A stretch of DNA of 64,000 nucleotides from an uncultured Planctomycetaceae bacterium (GCA_963813715.1 CAWFAK010000012.1:224001-288000), one strand, 5' to 3'. Positions 1 through 11,236 are shown, counted from the first letter of the stretch. Numbers and translations: made by a program. Notes: a model not told the origin generated them from the sequence alone.

Positions 1-394
1 CGGGCTGACGGAACGGCTGCTCGTGGCGACGGCGGCTTCCTACGTCGTTTCGCCGAGCGCCTTGGGCCCGGTCGCCGTTGATCCGAATCGGGAAGCCGAT
101 CGGCTGTCCGCGAGCTATCTCATTGCCCTGGGCGCACGGGTCGTCCGCGAAGTGGGTGACCTCGTTCGCCGTGCGAAAGAGGCGGGCAAACGTCTGGCGA
201 CCCTGGCGGTGGATACCGAAGTTCGCTTTCGGTCGGCGACGGACCGGGCGGCTTTCAGCAACGAACTCACCGAAGCCATCACGAAACTCGTCTCGAAGTA
301 TCACGACGAATCTGCCCCCGGCGGCCGCGCGCATCGCCTGGTGGTTGTGGCACACCCTCTCCCGCAGAAATCCAATCCCAAGGAACCATCATGA
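1..394 (+). CDS. ArsR-like/HTH transcriptional regulator, C-terminal part (truncated by window edge)
   Basis: C-terminal 'EVRFRSATDRAAF..ELT.AI..LV.KYH...HRLVVVAHP' is typical of HTH regulators that precede SRPBCC genes; overlaps the next start (ATGA). Confidence 0.65.
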   Translation, partial: GLTERLLVATAASYVVSPSALGPVAVDPNREADRLSASYLIALGARVVREVGDLVRRAKEAGKRLATLAVDTEVRFRSATDRAAFSNELTEAITKLVSKYHDESAPGGRAHRLVVVAHPLPQKSNPKEPS

Positions 395-544
395 GCGTTA
401 AGAAAGAAGCCTCCGGGCGCCGTTCAGTCCAGGTCGAAGTCGAGGTCCCCGGCACGCCGGAAGAAGTCGGGCAGACCATCGCTACCGGGCCGGGGATTTC
501 GTCCTGGTTCGTGCCGGCCGAGTTCGAGATGCGCGACGGAAAGC
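341..544 (+). repeat. ~205-bp direct repeat, copy 1 (regulator 3' end plus SRPBCC 5' end)
   Basis: Nearly identical to about 1105-1311 (GTGG..CACACCCTCTCCCGCAGAA...ATGAGCGT.AAGAAAGAAGCC...CGCGACGGAAAGC), about 10 substitutions and 2 single-base indels. Confidence 0.95.
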
Positions 545-1059
545 TCGCACTCTACCTTCGAGCGCTTACCGGCGTCGCCCTTCTGATCCTGCTGGCGTCG
601 GCGCGGGCTCAGGAACCGCCGAAGCCGGGAAAGGAACACGACCATTTGAAGCGGCTGGTGGGCACCTGGAATGCAGAGACGGAGAGCGGCAAGGGGACGA
701 TGACCTACAAGATGGGTCTGGGAGGGCTGTGGCTGATTGGAGACTTCGAAGGCGAATTCGGCGGCATGAAGTTCCAGGGCAAGTTCCTGGATACTTACGA
801 CCCGGCGACGAAGAAGTACCGGAGCATTAGCGTGGATTCCTTCTCCACAGCGCCCAGGATCATGGAAGGCAACTTGGACAAGGACAAGAAAGTCATGACC
901 ATGACGGGAGAAGGCCCCGGGCAAGAAGGCAAGACGGCCAAGTTCAAGTCGATCACCGAGATCAAAGACGCCGATACCGTCAACTTCAGCCTGTTCATGG
1001 TGGACGAGGACGGCAAGGAACAGCCGACGGTACGGATCACGTATAAGCGGAAGAACTGA
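391..1059 (+). CDS. Chimera: SRPBCC N-terminal ~51 aa fused to a DUF1579-like exported protein
   Basis: First 51 aa duplicate the downstream SRPBCC start, followed by a signal-peptide-like stretch (ALLILLASARAQ) and 'PGKEH..LKRLVGTW...GDFEG.FGG..FQG....YDP..KKY..VDS' DUF1579-like motifs. Confidence 0.75.
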   Translation: MSVKKEASGRRSVQVEVEVPGTPEEVGQTIATGPGISSWFVPAEFEMRDGKLALYLRALTGVALLILLASARAQEPPKPGKEHDHLKRLVGTWNAETESGKGTMTYKMGLGGLWLIGDFEGEFGGMKFQGKFLDTYDPATKKYRSISVDSFSTAPRIMEGNLDKDKKVMTMTGEGPGQEGKTAKFKSITEIKDADTVNFSLFMVDEDGKEQPTVRITYKRKN

Positions 1060-1104
1060 GACCGCGCGACGGCGTTCCACTCTCCCCGGTGTTCAGGGGA
1101 GACT

Positions 1105-1311
1105 GGTGGTTTGTGGCACACCCTCTCCCGCAGAACTCCGATCCCAAGGAACCATCATGAGCGTGAAGAAAGAAGCCTCCGGACGCCGTTCCGTCCAGGT
1201 CGAAGTCGAGGTCCCCGGCACGCCGGAGGAAGTCTGGCAGGCCATCGCCACCGGGCCGGGGATTTCGTCCTGGTTCGTGCCGGCTGAGTTCGAGGATGCG
1301 CGACGGAAAGC
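1105..1311 (+). repeat. ~205-bp direct repeat, copy 2
   Basis: Matches 341-544. Confidence 0.95.
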
Positions 1312-1984
1312 CCGTCGCGGTGAAATTGAACTTCGGTCCGGGCATGGAGACCAGCTTCCCCCGTGACGGGCTGGGATCCGCCGCGAAAGTGGGCTGCGGA
1401 GTCCGCTGGCTGGGTCCCTGGCTCGCCGCCGATCGCGGACGAGTGGACCGTTGAAGCGCGCGGAGGAGGCATCTGCGTCGTCCGCATTGTCCATAGCCTT
1501 TTCGCCAGCACGGACGACTGGGACAACCAGCTGGAAGGCACCGAATCCGGATGGCCTGCTTTTTTGCGTACCCTGCGGATCTATCTCACGCACTTCCGCG
1601 GCCAACGTTCGGCGACGATGAAGTGGATGGCCAACGTCGCGGGCACGGAAGCGGAGGCTTGGAAAACGTTCACTGCAGCATTGGGGGTGAAAGGCGTGAA
1701 CGTCGGGCAGCGTTGGGCGGCGCCCGCGGGTGTCCCGGCGCTCAGCGGCGTGGCGGAGTACGTCAGCCAGAGCCCGTACGACGTCCTGCTGCGGGTCGAC
1801 AAGCCGGGGCCGGGCGTAGCCGCCCTGGGCGCCTTCAGCATGGGCGGCCAGAGCATGGTTGCGCTGGGCTTCTACCTTTACGGCGATCAGGCGGCCGGCA
1901 ACCGTCGCCCACGAGACACCACTCTGGGAAGCGTGGATTCAGAAACACTTCCCGACGCCGACGGAGCCGGGCAAGAGCGAGTGA
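1157..1984 (+). CDS. SRPBCC/AHSA1 domain protein (apparent frameshifts near 1295 and 1900)
   Basis: 'VEVEVPGTPEEVWQAIATGPGISSWF' continues into 'TGWDPP...CVVRIVHS...GW..FL..LR.YL' in another frame; copy 2 has an extra G relative to repeat copy 1. Confidence 0.8.
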
Positions 1985-2152
1985 GCCGCGTGGTTCGTTT
2001 ACGGCGGTTTCTTGACGGCAGACCGAGTCGAGATCACTGTGGCCTGAACTGAATAGGTCTGAACTCAACAACAGTGTCGGCATCCCTAGAGTCAGCGGCT
2101 GGTGGCGGTCTGCGTTCGACCGCTTCCCTTCCGCCATTTCTCGGAGTCAATC

Positions 2153-2557
2153 ATGAAGGCGATCCTTTCAGTGGCGTTGGTGCTCGGAGGGGCGTTGGTA
2201 CTCGGAGTCGGCGGCCTCGCGCGGGCGGCGGACAAGGTCGAGCCGGTCGGGAAGTGGAAGTGCGAATATGAGATCGGCGATCAGAAGCGGACGTCCACTT
2301 TGATGATCAAGAAGGACGGGGACAAACTCGCCGGGACGATGAGCTGGCCGAACCAGAAGGAGACGACCCTCAAGGACGTGAAGCTGAAGGACGGTACTCT
2401 CACGTTCACCGCCGTGCGGAAGATCCAGGACAACGAGATCACCGTCGAGTACACGCTGACGATTGACGGGGACAAGCTCAAAGGGAAAGGCGCGGCGGAA
2501 TTCGGCGGCCAGAAGCAAGATTTTGATATCAGCGGGAAGCGGGAGAAAAAAGACTAG
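2153..2557 (+). CDS. Secreted beta-rich hypothetical protein
   Basis: GGAG RBS, signal peptide MKAILSVALVLGG...ARA, 'GKW...GDKLAGT...DGTLTF...IDGDKLKG' beta-strand pattern. Confidence 0.8.
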   Translation: MKAILSVALVLGGALVLGVGGLARAADKVEPVGKWKCEYEIGDQKRTSTLMIKKDGDKLAGTMSWPNQKETTLKDVKLKDGTLTFTAVRKIQDNEITVEYTLTIDGDKLKGKGAAEFGGQKQDFDISGKREKKD

Positions 2558-2664
2558 GGAGAAAAGGAGTCGCGTTCCCGTCGTTGCGTGCTCGCTGCCT
2601 GAGTTCCCTGCGCGGAACGTCTTGGCTTTTTTCGTTTACTCCACTGTTGAAAAACGTGGAGTCC

Positions 2665-2698
2665 TTGACGCGCCCGTTATATGCATTGTAGTGTATAT
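2665..2698 (+). promoter_or_regulatory. sigma70-like promoter with overlapping palindromic ArsR-type operator
   Basis: TTGACG (2665-2670)-N18-TAGTGT (2689-2694); inverted repeat ATATGCA-N6-TGTATAT (2679-2698); ATG lies 6 nt past the -10 (leaderless-like). Confidence 0.55.
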
Positions 2699-2700
2699 GC

Positions 2701-3051
2701 ATGATAACGCAAATAGACCCCTTCCAGGCCCTTGCTGACCCGACGCGCCGTTGCATTGTCGAGGCATTGCGGAATGGCGAACGGCAGGTCAACGACATCG
2801 TTGAGCAAGCGGGAATTCACCAATCTGGCGTCTCCCGTCATCTGCGCATCCTTCACGAAGCGGGCTTCGTTTCGATGCGACCAGAGGGACAGCGGCGTCT
2901 TTACTGTCTGCGGCCGGAGCCTTTCCGCGCACTCGATCAGTGGCTCGCGCAGTACCGCCGTGTGTGGGAAGCACGCCTCGATCGCCTGGGAGCGGCGCTC
3001 GAGAAGCAACAGTCACGTCGAAAACGCTCAAACAAGGAACAACACAGATGA
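2701..3051 (+). CDS. ArsR/SmtB family transcriptional regulator
   Basis: 'FQALADPTRR.I...L..GE..V..I......QS.VSRHLRIL.EAG.V....GQRRLY.L'. Confidence 0.95.
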   Translation: MITQIDPFQALADPTRRCIVEALRNGERQVNDIVEQAGIHQSGVSRHLRILHEAGFVSMRPEGQRRLYCLRPEPFRALDQWLAQYRRVWEARLDRLGAALEKQQSRRKRSNKEQHR

Positions 3052-3566
3052 TCGACAAGAGTCAGTCCGCACCCGCCAGCCACGCGACGCGGCCAAAGGT
3101 CGTCATCGAGCGCACGTACCGGGCAAAGGTCACGGACCTCTGGGAATTGTGGACCACGAAAGAGGGTTTTGAATCGTGGTGGGGACCCGACGGATTCCGC
3201 GTCGAAGTCCATGTTCTCGAAGCCCGCCCGGGCGGCGCACTGCACTACGACATGATCGCCGATTCACCCCAGATGATCGCGGCGATGAAGCAAATGGGCC
3301 GTCCCACTTCCCACGAGACGCGCGCGAAGTTCACCGAGATCAGGCCGCATGATCGGCTGGCAATTACGAGCGTGATCGACTTCGTGCCGGAGATGAAACC
3401 CTACGAGAGCACGATCGCGGCGGAGTTCTTCCCGTCGGGCGAGACTGTGCGGATGGTGGTCACGCTGGATCCCATGCACAACGAAGAGTTCACGAAGATG
3501 CTAACGGAGGGCTTCACGAGCCAACTCTCGAAGCTCGACAAACGGTACAGTGGAGAGAATCGATAA
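3048..3566 (+). CDS. SRPBCC/AHSA1 family protein
   Basis: 'VIERTY.A....LWELWTT.EG.ESWWGPDGF.......ARPGG'; coupled to arsR (ATGA overlap). Confidence 0.9.
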   Translation: MIDKSQSAPASHATRPKVVIERTYRAKVTDLWELWTTKEGFESWWGPDGFRVEVHVLEARPGGALHYDMIADSPQMIAAMKQMGRPTSHETRAKFTEIRPHDRLAITSVIDFVPEMKPYESTIAAEFFPSGETVRMVVTLDPMHNEEFTKMLTEGFTSQLSKLDKRYSGENR

Positions 3567-3638
3567 CGCCGCATCAATCGCAACCGCATCAAACTGACGG
3601 GAAGCCCCGACCATTAGTCCAATCTCGAAAGTAAACAC

Positions 3639-4196
3639 ATGGAACTCTTGATCCCCCTCTGGCTCCCCATTGTCCTGTCCACCGTCGTCGTCTGGATCAT
3701 CTCCGCGATTGTTTGGATGGCCCTGCCCCATCACAAGCGGGACTTCATCGCCCTGCCTGATGAAGACGGTTTCATGGACGCCGTCCGCAAGAGCGGCATC
3801 AAGCCCGGCAACTACATCTTTCCCGATTTCCGCGATCCCAAGGTGATGAAGTTAGAGACGACTCAGAAGGCCTTGAACGAAGGCCCGGTCGGCCACCTCA
3901 GCGTCTGGCCGACGCCGTTGACGATGGGGAGCAAGATGTTCGCCACCTTCATCGTCTACCTCGTTGTCAGCATCCTCATCGCCTACCTCACTCGCGTCGC
4001 CCTCCCTGGCCCGGCCCCGTTTGCCAAGGTCTTTCAGGTCGCGGCCACCGCCGGCATCCTCGCCTACTGCTTCTCATTCATCCCCAACGCCGTCTGGTTC
4101 GGCTCCTACAAGCGCACCATTGTCGCAAACGTTGTCGACGGCATCGTCTATGGCCTCATCACCGGAGCCCTCTTCGCGTGGCTTTGGCCGCACTGA
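3639..4196 (+). CDS. Hypothetical multi-pass membrane protein
   Basis: About four hydrophobic segments, 'WMALPHHK.DF..LPDED' motif, coding-like codon use. Confidence 0.8.
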   Translation: MELLIPLWLPIVLSTVVVWIISAIVWMALPHHKRDFIALPDEDGFMDAVRKSGIKPGNYIFPDFRDPKVMKLETTQKALNEGPVGHLSVWPTPLTMGSKMFATFIVYLVVSILIAYLTRVALPGPAPFAKVFQVAATAGILAYCFSFIPNAVWFGSYKRTIVANVVDGIVYGLITGALFAWLWPH

Positions 4197-4713
4197 GTGC
4201 GGCGGGCGTCGCGGTGCTCACCATTTCGTCCGGGTCCAATCGTCACTGTCGGTTGACTTTCACACCGCGCACGCCCAAACTGGGGCACGCTTGCTGAGGA
4301 CCAGCAAGGCCGTCTGCATGGACCGCCTGCTCTTCGCCTTGGTCTTTTGTCGTGGACTTGTCCACTCTCGAACCCTGCCCCGACGGCATGTCGCGCGGGC
4401 GGGCTGAACAACTCGTGACTTCGTAAGCCCCTTGCCTCCAATGCGCGGCAAAGGCTTTGTGCGATCGACGCGCGGAAGGTAATCCGCGCTTGTCATGCGG
4501 TCACGGTGGATCGAGACGTGGGAACTCTGCGCGATCGACGGGCCAACGCGTCCCATGACTTCGACCGATCGAACCGGTAGAGAAACGGATTTTGCAGGCT
4601 CGAATTAGCCTCTTAATTCCGGACCCCGGTTCCGATCGTTCTTCGCTTCACCGCATCCAACAGGTCATGGACTGCTTTCGATCGTCGATTCCCTGCGCCC
4701 GTCTCCTGCGGGC

Positions 4714-7700
4714 TTGGGGAAAACGAAGACTCAGCTCAGCAATTCTGATCGGGCCGCCGTGGATAAAAATCCAGTCGACGATAAATCACTGCCGGTTTTC
4801 TTCGATCCGTCGCGTGCCCGCTGGCCGCGGATCCGAAATGTCCTGTTGATCGTCGGCGCAATCGTGCTCGTTCTCGGCGGGGCGCTTGGCGTCAGCGTCG
4901 TCGTCCCTTCGATCCTCCCGGCCTTGAACCTGCAGCCGGTCGCGACCCTTCGAAACGGACCGCGATTGGCTCCCCGCACCGCATCGTCGGTCGCGAGCCG
5001 CGCGCCGCGTGCGGCAATTCCACCAAAGGGCCGGCCGGCTCACAAAGACGGTGCGGCGGTGGCCCCGCCGACAAAAGACGGACGCGTCACTTCTTTGCAG
5101 CCGCTGACGGTCGGCTATTTCGTGAATTGGGACGAATCGAGCTACAGCTCCTTGAAGGCCCACCTCGATGCGTTCGATCTCCTCGTGCCGGAGTGGCTCC
5201 ACATCCACGGCGCGGACGGCCAGGTCACCGAGGACGATCCCGAGTATCAAAAGGACGTTCTCACCTACATCCGTGAAGAGCGCCCGTCGCTACGAATCGT
5301 GCCGTTGGTCAACAACTGGCACGGGGAGTCGTTTGATTCCAACAACCTCGAGCGCGTTCTCGCCGACAAGGCCCTGCGTGCTGCGGCGATCGAGCGGTTG
5401 CTGAAGTACGTGAAAAACCATGGATTCGCGGGGTTGGCAATCGGCTTCGAGGGATTGAAGGACAGCCAACGGCCATTTCAAGAGTTCCTCAAGGAACTCG
5501 GGGCCCGGCTGCATGCGGACAAGCTTGTGCTCTTGATCAGTTTGCAGGCCGAGCAGTCCGATTTTCCATTCGCATCGATCGCCGAGTTGTGCGACCAGGT
5601 GATCGTGATGGCGTTCGACCAACATTGGCAGCAGGGTTCGGCCGGACCGCTGGCGGGCGCCGACTGGTTCGCACAAATCCTGGAGGAGCGTTGCAAGGAG
5701 ATTCCGCCTGAGAAGTTGCTGTGGGGAATTGGAAACTACGGTTACGACTGGGCGCCGGGCACAGAAACGGCGAGCAAAACTTTCGACGAGGTCATGCTGA
5801 CGGCCCGAGACAACAAGGCCAACCTCAAGTTCGACAAAGAGTCCTTGAACCCGACTTTCACGTACCAAGACGCCCAGCACCGAACGCACACCGTCTGGTT
5901 TCTGGACGCAGTCACCGCCTTCAACCAGCTGGCGCTGGCGAGCGCTTCGCCGCCGCGCGGCTTCGCCATCTGGAGACTGGGGAGCGAAGATCCGTCGGTT
6001 TGGAATCTACTCGGAAAGAAGGATCGGCTGGCGGCCGCCGCGGCCTCGACGCTTGCCAAGATGGCCTTTGAATATCGCGCGAATTTCATGGGCGAAGGCG
6101 AGATCTACAAAGTCGCCGCTGCACATCGGGACGGCACGCGGGACGTGTCCTACGATTCAAATCGCGAGTTGATCACGGAGGAACGCTACAAGGAGCTTCC
6201 CTTACCGTGCATGGTCCAACGGTTCGGAACCAATCAGCGGAAAATGGCCCTGACCTTCGACGACGGCCCCGATCCGCGATATACGCCGTTGATCCTCGAT
6301 ATTCTGCGTCGCAAGCACGTCCCTGCCACCTTCTTCATCGTGGGAAGCAACGGGGAGCGATACCCCGAGCTGGTCGCCCGCGAGGTGGAAGACAACCACG
6401 AAGTCGGCAACCACACCTACACGCACCCGCGAGTTTCCGCCGTCTCGGAGGCGCAACTCCGCCTGGAAGTTTCCGCGACCGAGCGCCTGCTCCAGGCCGC
6501 CACCGATCGCCAGGCGGTGCTGTTCCGCGCGCCTTTTGGCTCGGACCTCGACCCCGCGATGCTCGACGACATGAGGCCGCTCGAGGTTGTCACTGAGATG
6601 GGCTACATCTCGGTCGGCTGGAACATCGATCCCTCCGATTTTGACAAACCCGATGCCGACGAGATCGTGCGCCGAGTGGTGGATTCGGCCCGGAAAAACG
6701 AGGGGCACATTGTCCTGCTGCACGATGCCGGCGGGGATCGCAGTCAAACGGTCAAGGCGCTGCCGATTCTCATCGATCGGCTCCGCGAGCTGGGGTACGA
6801 GCTGGTGACCGTGTCGAACTTGATGGACCGGTCACGCGATGAGGTGATGCCCCTCCTGGCGGGCGAAAAGAAGGTGCAGGCCGTGATCAACCGACAGGCG
6901 TTTCGCCTGATGAACGTAGCTGGGAAGGTCCTTTCCCTGCTGTTCATTGCTGCCACCGTGCTGGGCATCGGGCGGCTGGCCTTCATCGCGGCGCTCGCCG
7001 TGGTCGACAAACGCAAAAACGGAAAGAAGCCGATCGTTCCCGGGTTTCTGCCGGACGTGGCGGTGATTGTTCCGGCCTACAACGAAGAGAAAGTGATCGT
7101 TCAAACTGTTGTTCTCGCTGTTGGCGTCCACGTACCGGGGGAAGTTGGAGATCCTGGTCGTGGACGACGGCTCGCGCGACAAAACGTATGAGTGCGCGCG
7201 GCGCGCCTTCGAGGACGAGCCGCGAATCCGCATCTTCCAGACGCCCAATCGGGGAAAACCTGCGGCACTGAATTTTGGTCTGCGGCACACCTCCGCGCCG
7301 ATCGTCGTGACGCTGGATGCCGACACGATCTTTCGCACCGACACCATCGGGAAGCTCGTGCGGCATTTCGCCGACGGACACATCGGCGCTGTCGCGGGCA
7401 ACGCCAAGGTCGGCAACCGCGTCAACCTGCTCACCAAATGGCAAGCTCTGGAGTACGTCACCAGCCAGAACCTCGATCGGCGGGCCTTTAACCTGCTCAA
7501 CTGCATCACGGTGGTCCCCGGCGCCGTCGGTGCATGGAAAAGAGACCTCGTCGAGGAATTGGGTGGCTTCAACCCCACGACGCTGGCCGAGGATGCCGAC
7601 CTGACAATCGCCATCGGCAAGGCAGGCTACAAGGTCGTCTATGACGAAGAGGCCATCGGCCTGACGGAAGCGCCCGACACCATCCGCAGCCTGGTCCGGC

Positions 7701-8287
7701 AGCGCTATCGCTGGATGTTTGGGACGGCGCAAGCGGCTTGGAGGCACCGCGACTGCCTGCTCCGGCCCAAGCACCGTGCGCTGGGGCTTGTCGGGCTGCC
7801 CAACATCGTGCTGTTTCAGGTGCTGTTCCCGTTTGTTTCGCCGATCCTCGACGCCACGCTGCTGTTCTCGTTAGGCACGACCTTGCTGCATGCCTGGCAG
7901 AATCCAGGCTCCGACGTCGCCGAGTCTCTGACGGAGATCTCGCTCTATTACTTGCTCTTCACCGCGATCGATTTCGGCACATCCGTATTGGCTTTCCGCA
8001 TGGAGCCGGCGGAGGACAAACGGCTCCTCGGGTGGCTCATTCCTCAGCGGTTCGTGTACCGGCAGTTGATGTACTACGTCGCGATCAAGTCGGTTCTCGC
8101 CGCGCTGCGAGGCTTCGAAGTCGGCTGGGGCAAGCTCGAGCGCAAGGCCACGGTCAGCCCGATGCCCGAAATGTCCGCGATCAGCATCGCATCCGTCGCG
8201 GTCGAGGATCGGGAGCCAGTGCTCTCGCGCCCGCACGTTCCCGCCCCGACCGCGTCAAATGGACGATCGATCCCGTCGTTCAGGTAG
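4714..8287 (+). CDS. Multidomain GH18-like / polysaccharide deacetylase (CE4) / GT2 glycosyltransferase (PgaC/IcaA-like); frameshift near 7110
   Basis: GH18-like N-domain ('LLVPEW', 'VMAFDQHW', 'NYGYDW', 'WRLGSED'), NodB motifs 'LTFDDGP', 'GNHTYTHP', 'FRAPF', 'LLHDAGG', GT2 motifs 'VPAYNEE', 'VDDGS', 'DADT', 'AED', 'QRYRW'. Confidence 0.9.
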
Positions 8288-8383
8288 AGCACCACAATGA
8301 CAAGCCCACCGTTTCCATGTAACCGGGGGCAATGGGGCCGCATGTTCGATCGCATTCCTAGCGCTTCGTCGAGAGGACGAGTC

Positions 8384-9526
8384 ATGACCAACAGGCGAAC
8401 GGGTTTTACGATGATCGAGCTCTTAGTGGCCGTCGCGATCATTGCGGTCTTGATCGCCTTGTTGCTACCGGCTGTGCAGGCGGCGCGGGAAGCAGCCCGC
8501 CGTTTGCAATGCCGCAACAATCTCAAGCAGGTGGCGCTGGCGGCGCACAACTACCACGATATCCACCAGCGATTCCCCATGTTGCTCAGCGTCGTGTATC
8601 AGAACGGATTCCCCTGCGGCCCCGATAAGGGAATTCCGGGCACGTACTTCGATTTCAACATGCACACGTGGGGCTCGGCGCTGTTGCCGTTTCTGGAAGC
8701 GGGTTCGGTCTCCAACCGCATCGATCAGAACGCGCCTCTGTTTTCTCCGTGGGACGCCCCCTGCGGCGACGACTACGAGGCGGAGAATTCCGGCTGCCTC
8801 GAGACCGATCCCTGTGCCGCGAAGCGTCCGTTGGCCGCAGTTGTTCCCACTTGGGTCTGCCCGTCAGCACCGCGAACGGTCAACCCATTTACCGAACAAA
8901 CGCAGGACTGGTCGGACGAATGGGAACCCTGCTCCTTCATTTTCACGCGACTCAGCGGCGCGAGCGACTACTTCCCGATCTGCGGGTTCGGGGAAAACCT
9001 CGCCGGCTATTACAACTATGTGACGACCGGCGATCCCTGCAAGTGCGCGTCGCGATCCACCGATGGGGTGATGGAGGACTCAACAGGCAGCCATTCGATC
9101 GCCGAGATCACCGATGGAGCCTCGATGACGATCTTCTGCACTGAAAATGCCGGCCGGCCCGATCTCTGGGTCCTGGGGAGGAAAGTCCCCCTGAGCTGCG
9201 GCACCCTCAATTGGCGCGAGTACACCGTCACCAACACGGGCGGCTGCTGGGGCTGCTTCGGCAACGCGGCCCTCAACAACTTCGAGGGATCGACCTTTAC
9301 CGGGGCCGAAACGACGAGCAAGACCGAGCCGGTCTGCTTCTTCAACTGCACCAATCTGGGGGGCGGCACGAATCTGGTCTACAGCTTCCATCCCGGAGCC
9401 GGCGGCGTCGCCATGTGCGACGGCTCGGCCCACATGCTCAACGACAAAATCGACATCCGCGCGATGCTGGGCATGGTGACATTCAACGGCCACGAGCCAA
9501 TCACCGACGCCGCCATCGGCAAGTAG
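8384..9526 (+). CDS. DUF1559 prepilin-type N-terminal cleavage/methylation protein (H-X9-DG C-terminal motif)
   Basis: '[48 protein letters not shown]', 'ITDG.S.T', '[15 protein letters not shown]'. Confidence 0.95.
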   Translation: MTNRRTGFTMIELLVAVAIIAVLIALLLPAVQAAREAARRLQCRNNLKQVALAAHNYHDIHQRFPMLLSVVYQNGFPCGPDKGIPGTYFDFNMHTWGSALLPFLEAGSVSNRIDQNAPLFSPWDAPCGDDYEAENSGCLETDPCAAKRPLAAVVPTWVCPSAPRTVNPFTEQTQDWSDEWEPCSFIFTRLSGASDYFPICGFGENLAGYYNYVTTGDPCKCASRSTDGVMEDSTGSHSIAEITDGASMTIFCTENAGRPDLWVLGRKVPLSCGTLNWREYTVTNTGGCWGCFGNAALNNFEGSTFTGAETTSKTEPVCFFNCTNLGGGTNLVYSFHPGAGGVAMCDGSAHMLNDKIDIRAMLGMVTFNGHEPITDAAIGK

Positions 9527-9677
9527 GGCGTGCCGCGAACGGGCCTCGGGAATCGTTTCTGCATCAGCGTATCTCGCTCAAAGCCCCACATGCCGGACCG
9601 CCTGCATGCGGACTTCGTCGCCCTTGTCGCCGCGGCGCGCACCCGAGACGCCATCGCGATCTCAGGGGGCCGGCATA

Positions 9678-10049
9678 TCAATCGCGAAGTGGGCGGCCTT
9701 CGATGATCTCGTAAAACTGGCGAACCTCGACCGGCGCCCGACAGGCGACTACGGCCTTGCGCCCCCACGCCAGCGCCTCGTCCAGGTTGGCGGCGTCCAG
9801 TATCCAAAAACCGCCAATGTGCTCCTTGGTCTCGAGGTACGGCCCGTCGGTGATGAGCACCGCACCATTCGACTGCGCCCGCAACGACTTCGCCCTGCCT
9901 GCCGGGTGCAGGCCGCCAGCGAAAAACCTGGCACCAGCAGCGATCATCTCTTCGTTGAGCACGTCGATATCGCGGCCCATCGCTTCGTCCTCTGCGACGA
10001 ACGGGTCGTAGTCGTCGGGATGGTGAATCGCAACCAAAAACTGAGTCAT
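9678..10049 (-). CDS. YciI/DGPF family protein
   Basis: 'ITDGPYLETKEHIGGFWI..A..LDEALAW......CRAPVEVR'. Confidence 0.92.
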   Translation of the reverse strand: MTQFLVAIHHPDDYDPFVAEDEAMGRDIDVLNEEMIAAGARFFAGGLHPAGRAKSLRAQSNGAVLITDGPYLETKEHIGGFWILDAANLDEALAWGRKAVVACRAPVEVRQFYEIIEGRPLRD

Positions 10050-10166
10050 GATCTCTCCTCTAAAGTTCTTCGGGCGAGCCGGTTGCCCTGCCTTCACCAT
10101 CTAGTCGAATGGCCGAAGCGGAATTCGACAATCTTCCCAAGAAAATTTCCGGCAGAGTTTGCCTTC

Positions 10167-10469
10167 ACCAACCCGAAGCGTGAGCGAGGGCTCTTATTTC
10201 CGGCGGGGAGTGATTTACCAACGAAGCATGAGCGAGGGCTCTTGGCTCACTTCGAATTTCCGGACGGTCGGGTGGCTGGGGTCGAAGCGCTTCGCTTCGC
10301 CGCCAGTCCTCGCTGCCACAACGAGAGCGGCGGGGTGCCATGCCCCACGGCTCGGCGTGGGCATGTCTGACCGCAGGCTGCATGCTCGCGTGAATGCGCT
10401 AAGATGACGCCTGCGACCGCCCGGGAATTCGATGTGGTCGAGGAGCCCTCGCTCACGCTTCGGGTTGGT
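10167..10469. repeat. Cluster of REP-like elements (ACCAACCCGAAGCGTGAGCGAGGG family)
   Basis: Copies at 10167-10195, 10217-10270 and inverted at 10414-10469; further copies at 61566-61576/62560-62576 and about 62591-62617. Confidence 0.85.
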
Positions 10470-10534
10470 GGTGTCGCGTGCGTTGACCCGATGCGTATCG
10501 CGAGGGCCTTGCAGTGGGGGTCGCGTGCCCGCTT

Positions 10535-11236
10535 CTATTTCACCGCTGCGTTGGTACGCGTCCATTGAGCAATGGGTCGTCCGTCGCGCCGCCACCACGA
10601 TCCGGCCCTGTCGTCCTGAGGCCAGCCGGCGGGTGAATCTTCCCACGACTCCTGCCGGCCATACGGAGTGAAGTCGAGCAACTGCAGGGTGGGCAACATG
10701 GCCTCGATCCCGCGCCACTTCGTTTCATACGTTTGAAACACCTGGTCGCCGACCCTCAGGTAGCAGCGAAGGTCGCCACCGTCTCGAGTGCCCATCACGT
10801 CTCCGGAGTCGGCGGTCGAGTACCACGGCGGCGTCCAGCCCATGAAGTCTCGGTAGGCGACGATCTCGGTCCACGGGCCACGGCTGAAGACGGCGTACTG
10901 CACGTCGCGCTCGGCCAGATAGGCGCAGACGGCGGCGTTCATCGCCGTCTGACTGTGAGTGCAGCCCTCACACTGCTTGGGGTGAGGCGCGCCCTTGTTC
11001 CACATGAAGTGATAGACGAGCAGCATCCGCCGACCTGCAAACACATCGTGCAGAGAGACGGGGCCATCCGCACCCACCACCATGACCGGCTCCATCCGCG
11101 TCATCGGCAGCCGCCGGCGAGCGGCAGCGAATTCGTCGCCGGCGTGCGTGTGCGCCTTCTCGCGGACCAGTAGCTCAGCTCGAGCCCGCTCCCACTCATC
11201 ACGGGAAACGACTTTGGGGGTTGCCGATTCTGCCAT
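10535..11236 (-). CDS. DUF899 family (thioredoxin-like) protein
   Basis: 'EW..AR..LL..EK..T...D..AA.RRRLP', 'L.VYHFM...CEGC', 'LLD.TPYGRQE.WEDSP.GWPQ'. Confidence 0.92.
   Translation of the reverse strand: MAESATPKVVSRDEWERARAELLVREKAHTHAGDEFAAARRRLPMTRMEPVMVVGADGPVSLHDVFAGRRMLLVYHFMWNKGAPHPKQCEGCTHSQTAMNAAVCAYLAERDVQYAVFSRGPWTEIVAYRDFMGWTPPWYSTADSGDVMGTRDGGDLRCYLRVGDQVFQTYETKWRGIEAMLPTLQLLDFTPYGRQESWEDSPAGWPQDDRAGSWWRRDGRPIAQWTRTNAAVK

Noticed and set aside
341..1311. Direct repeat pair as DGR template/variable repeats for the RT
   Set aside because: Only about half of the differences are at adenines, the repeat covers a gene 5' end, it is 41 kb from the RT, and the RT has retron rather than DGR motifs
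7100..7120. Programmed ribosomal frameshifting in the GT2 gene or other split genes
   Set aside because: No consistent slippery heptamers; the genome-wide indel pattern is better explained by sequencing error
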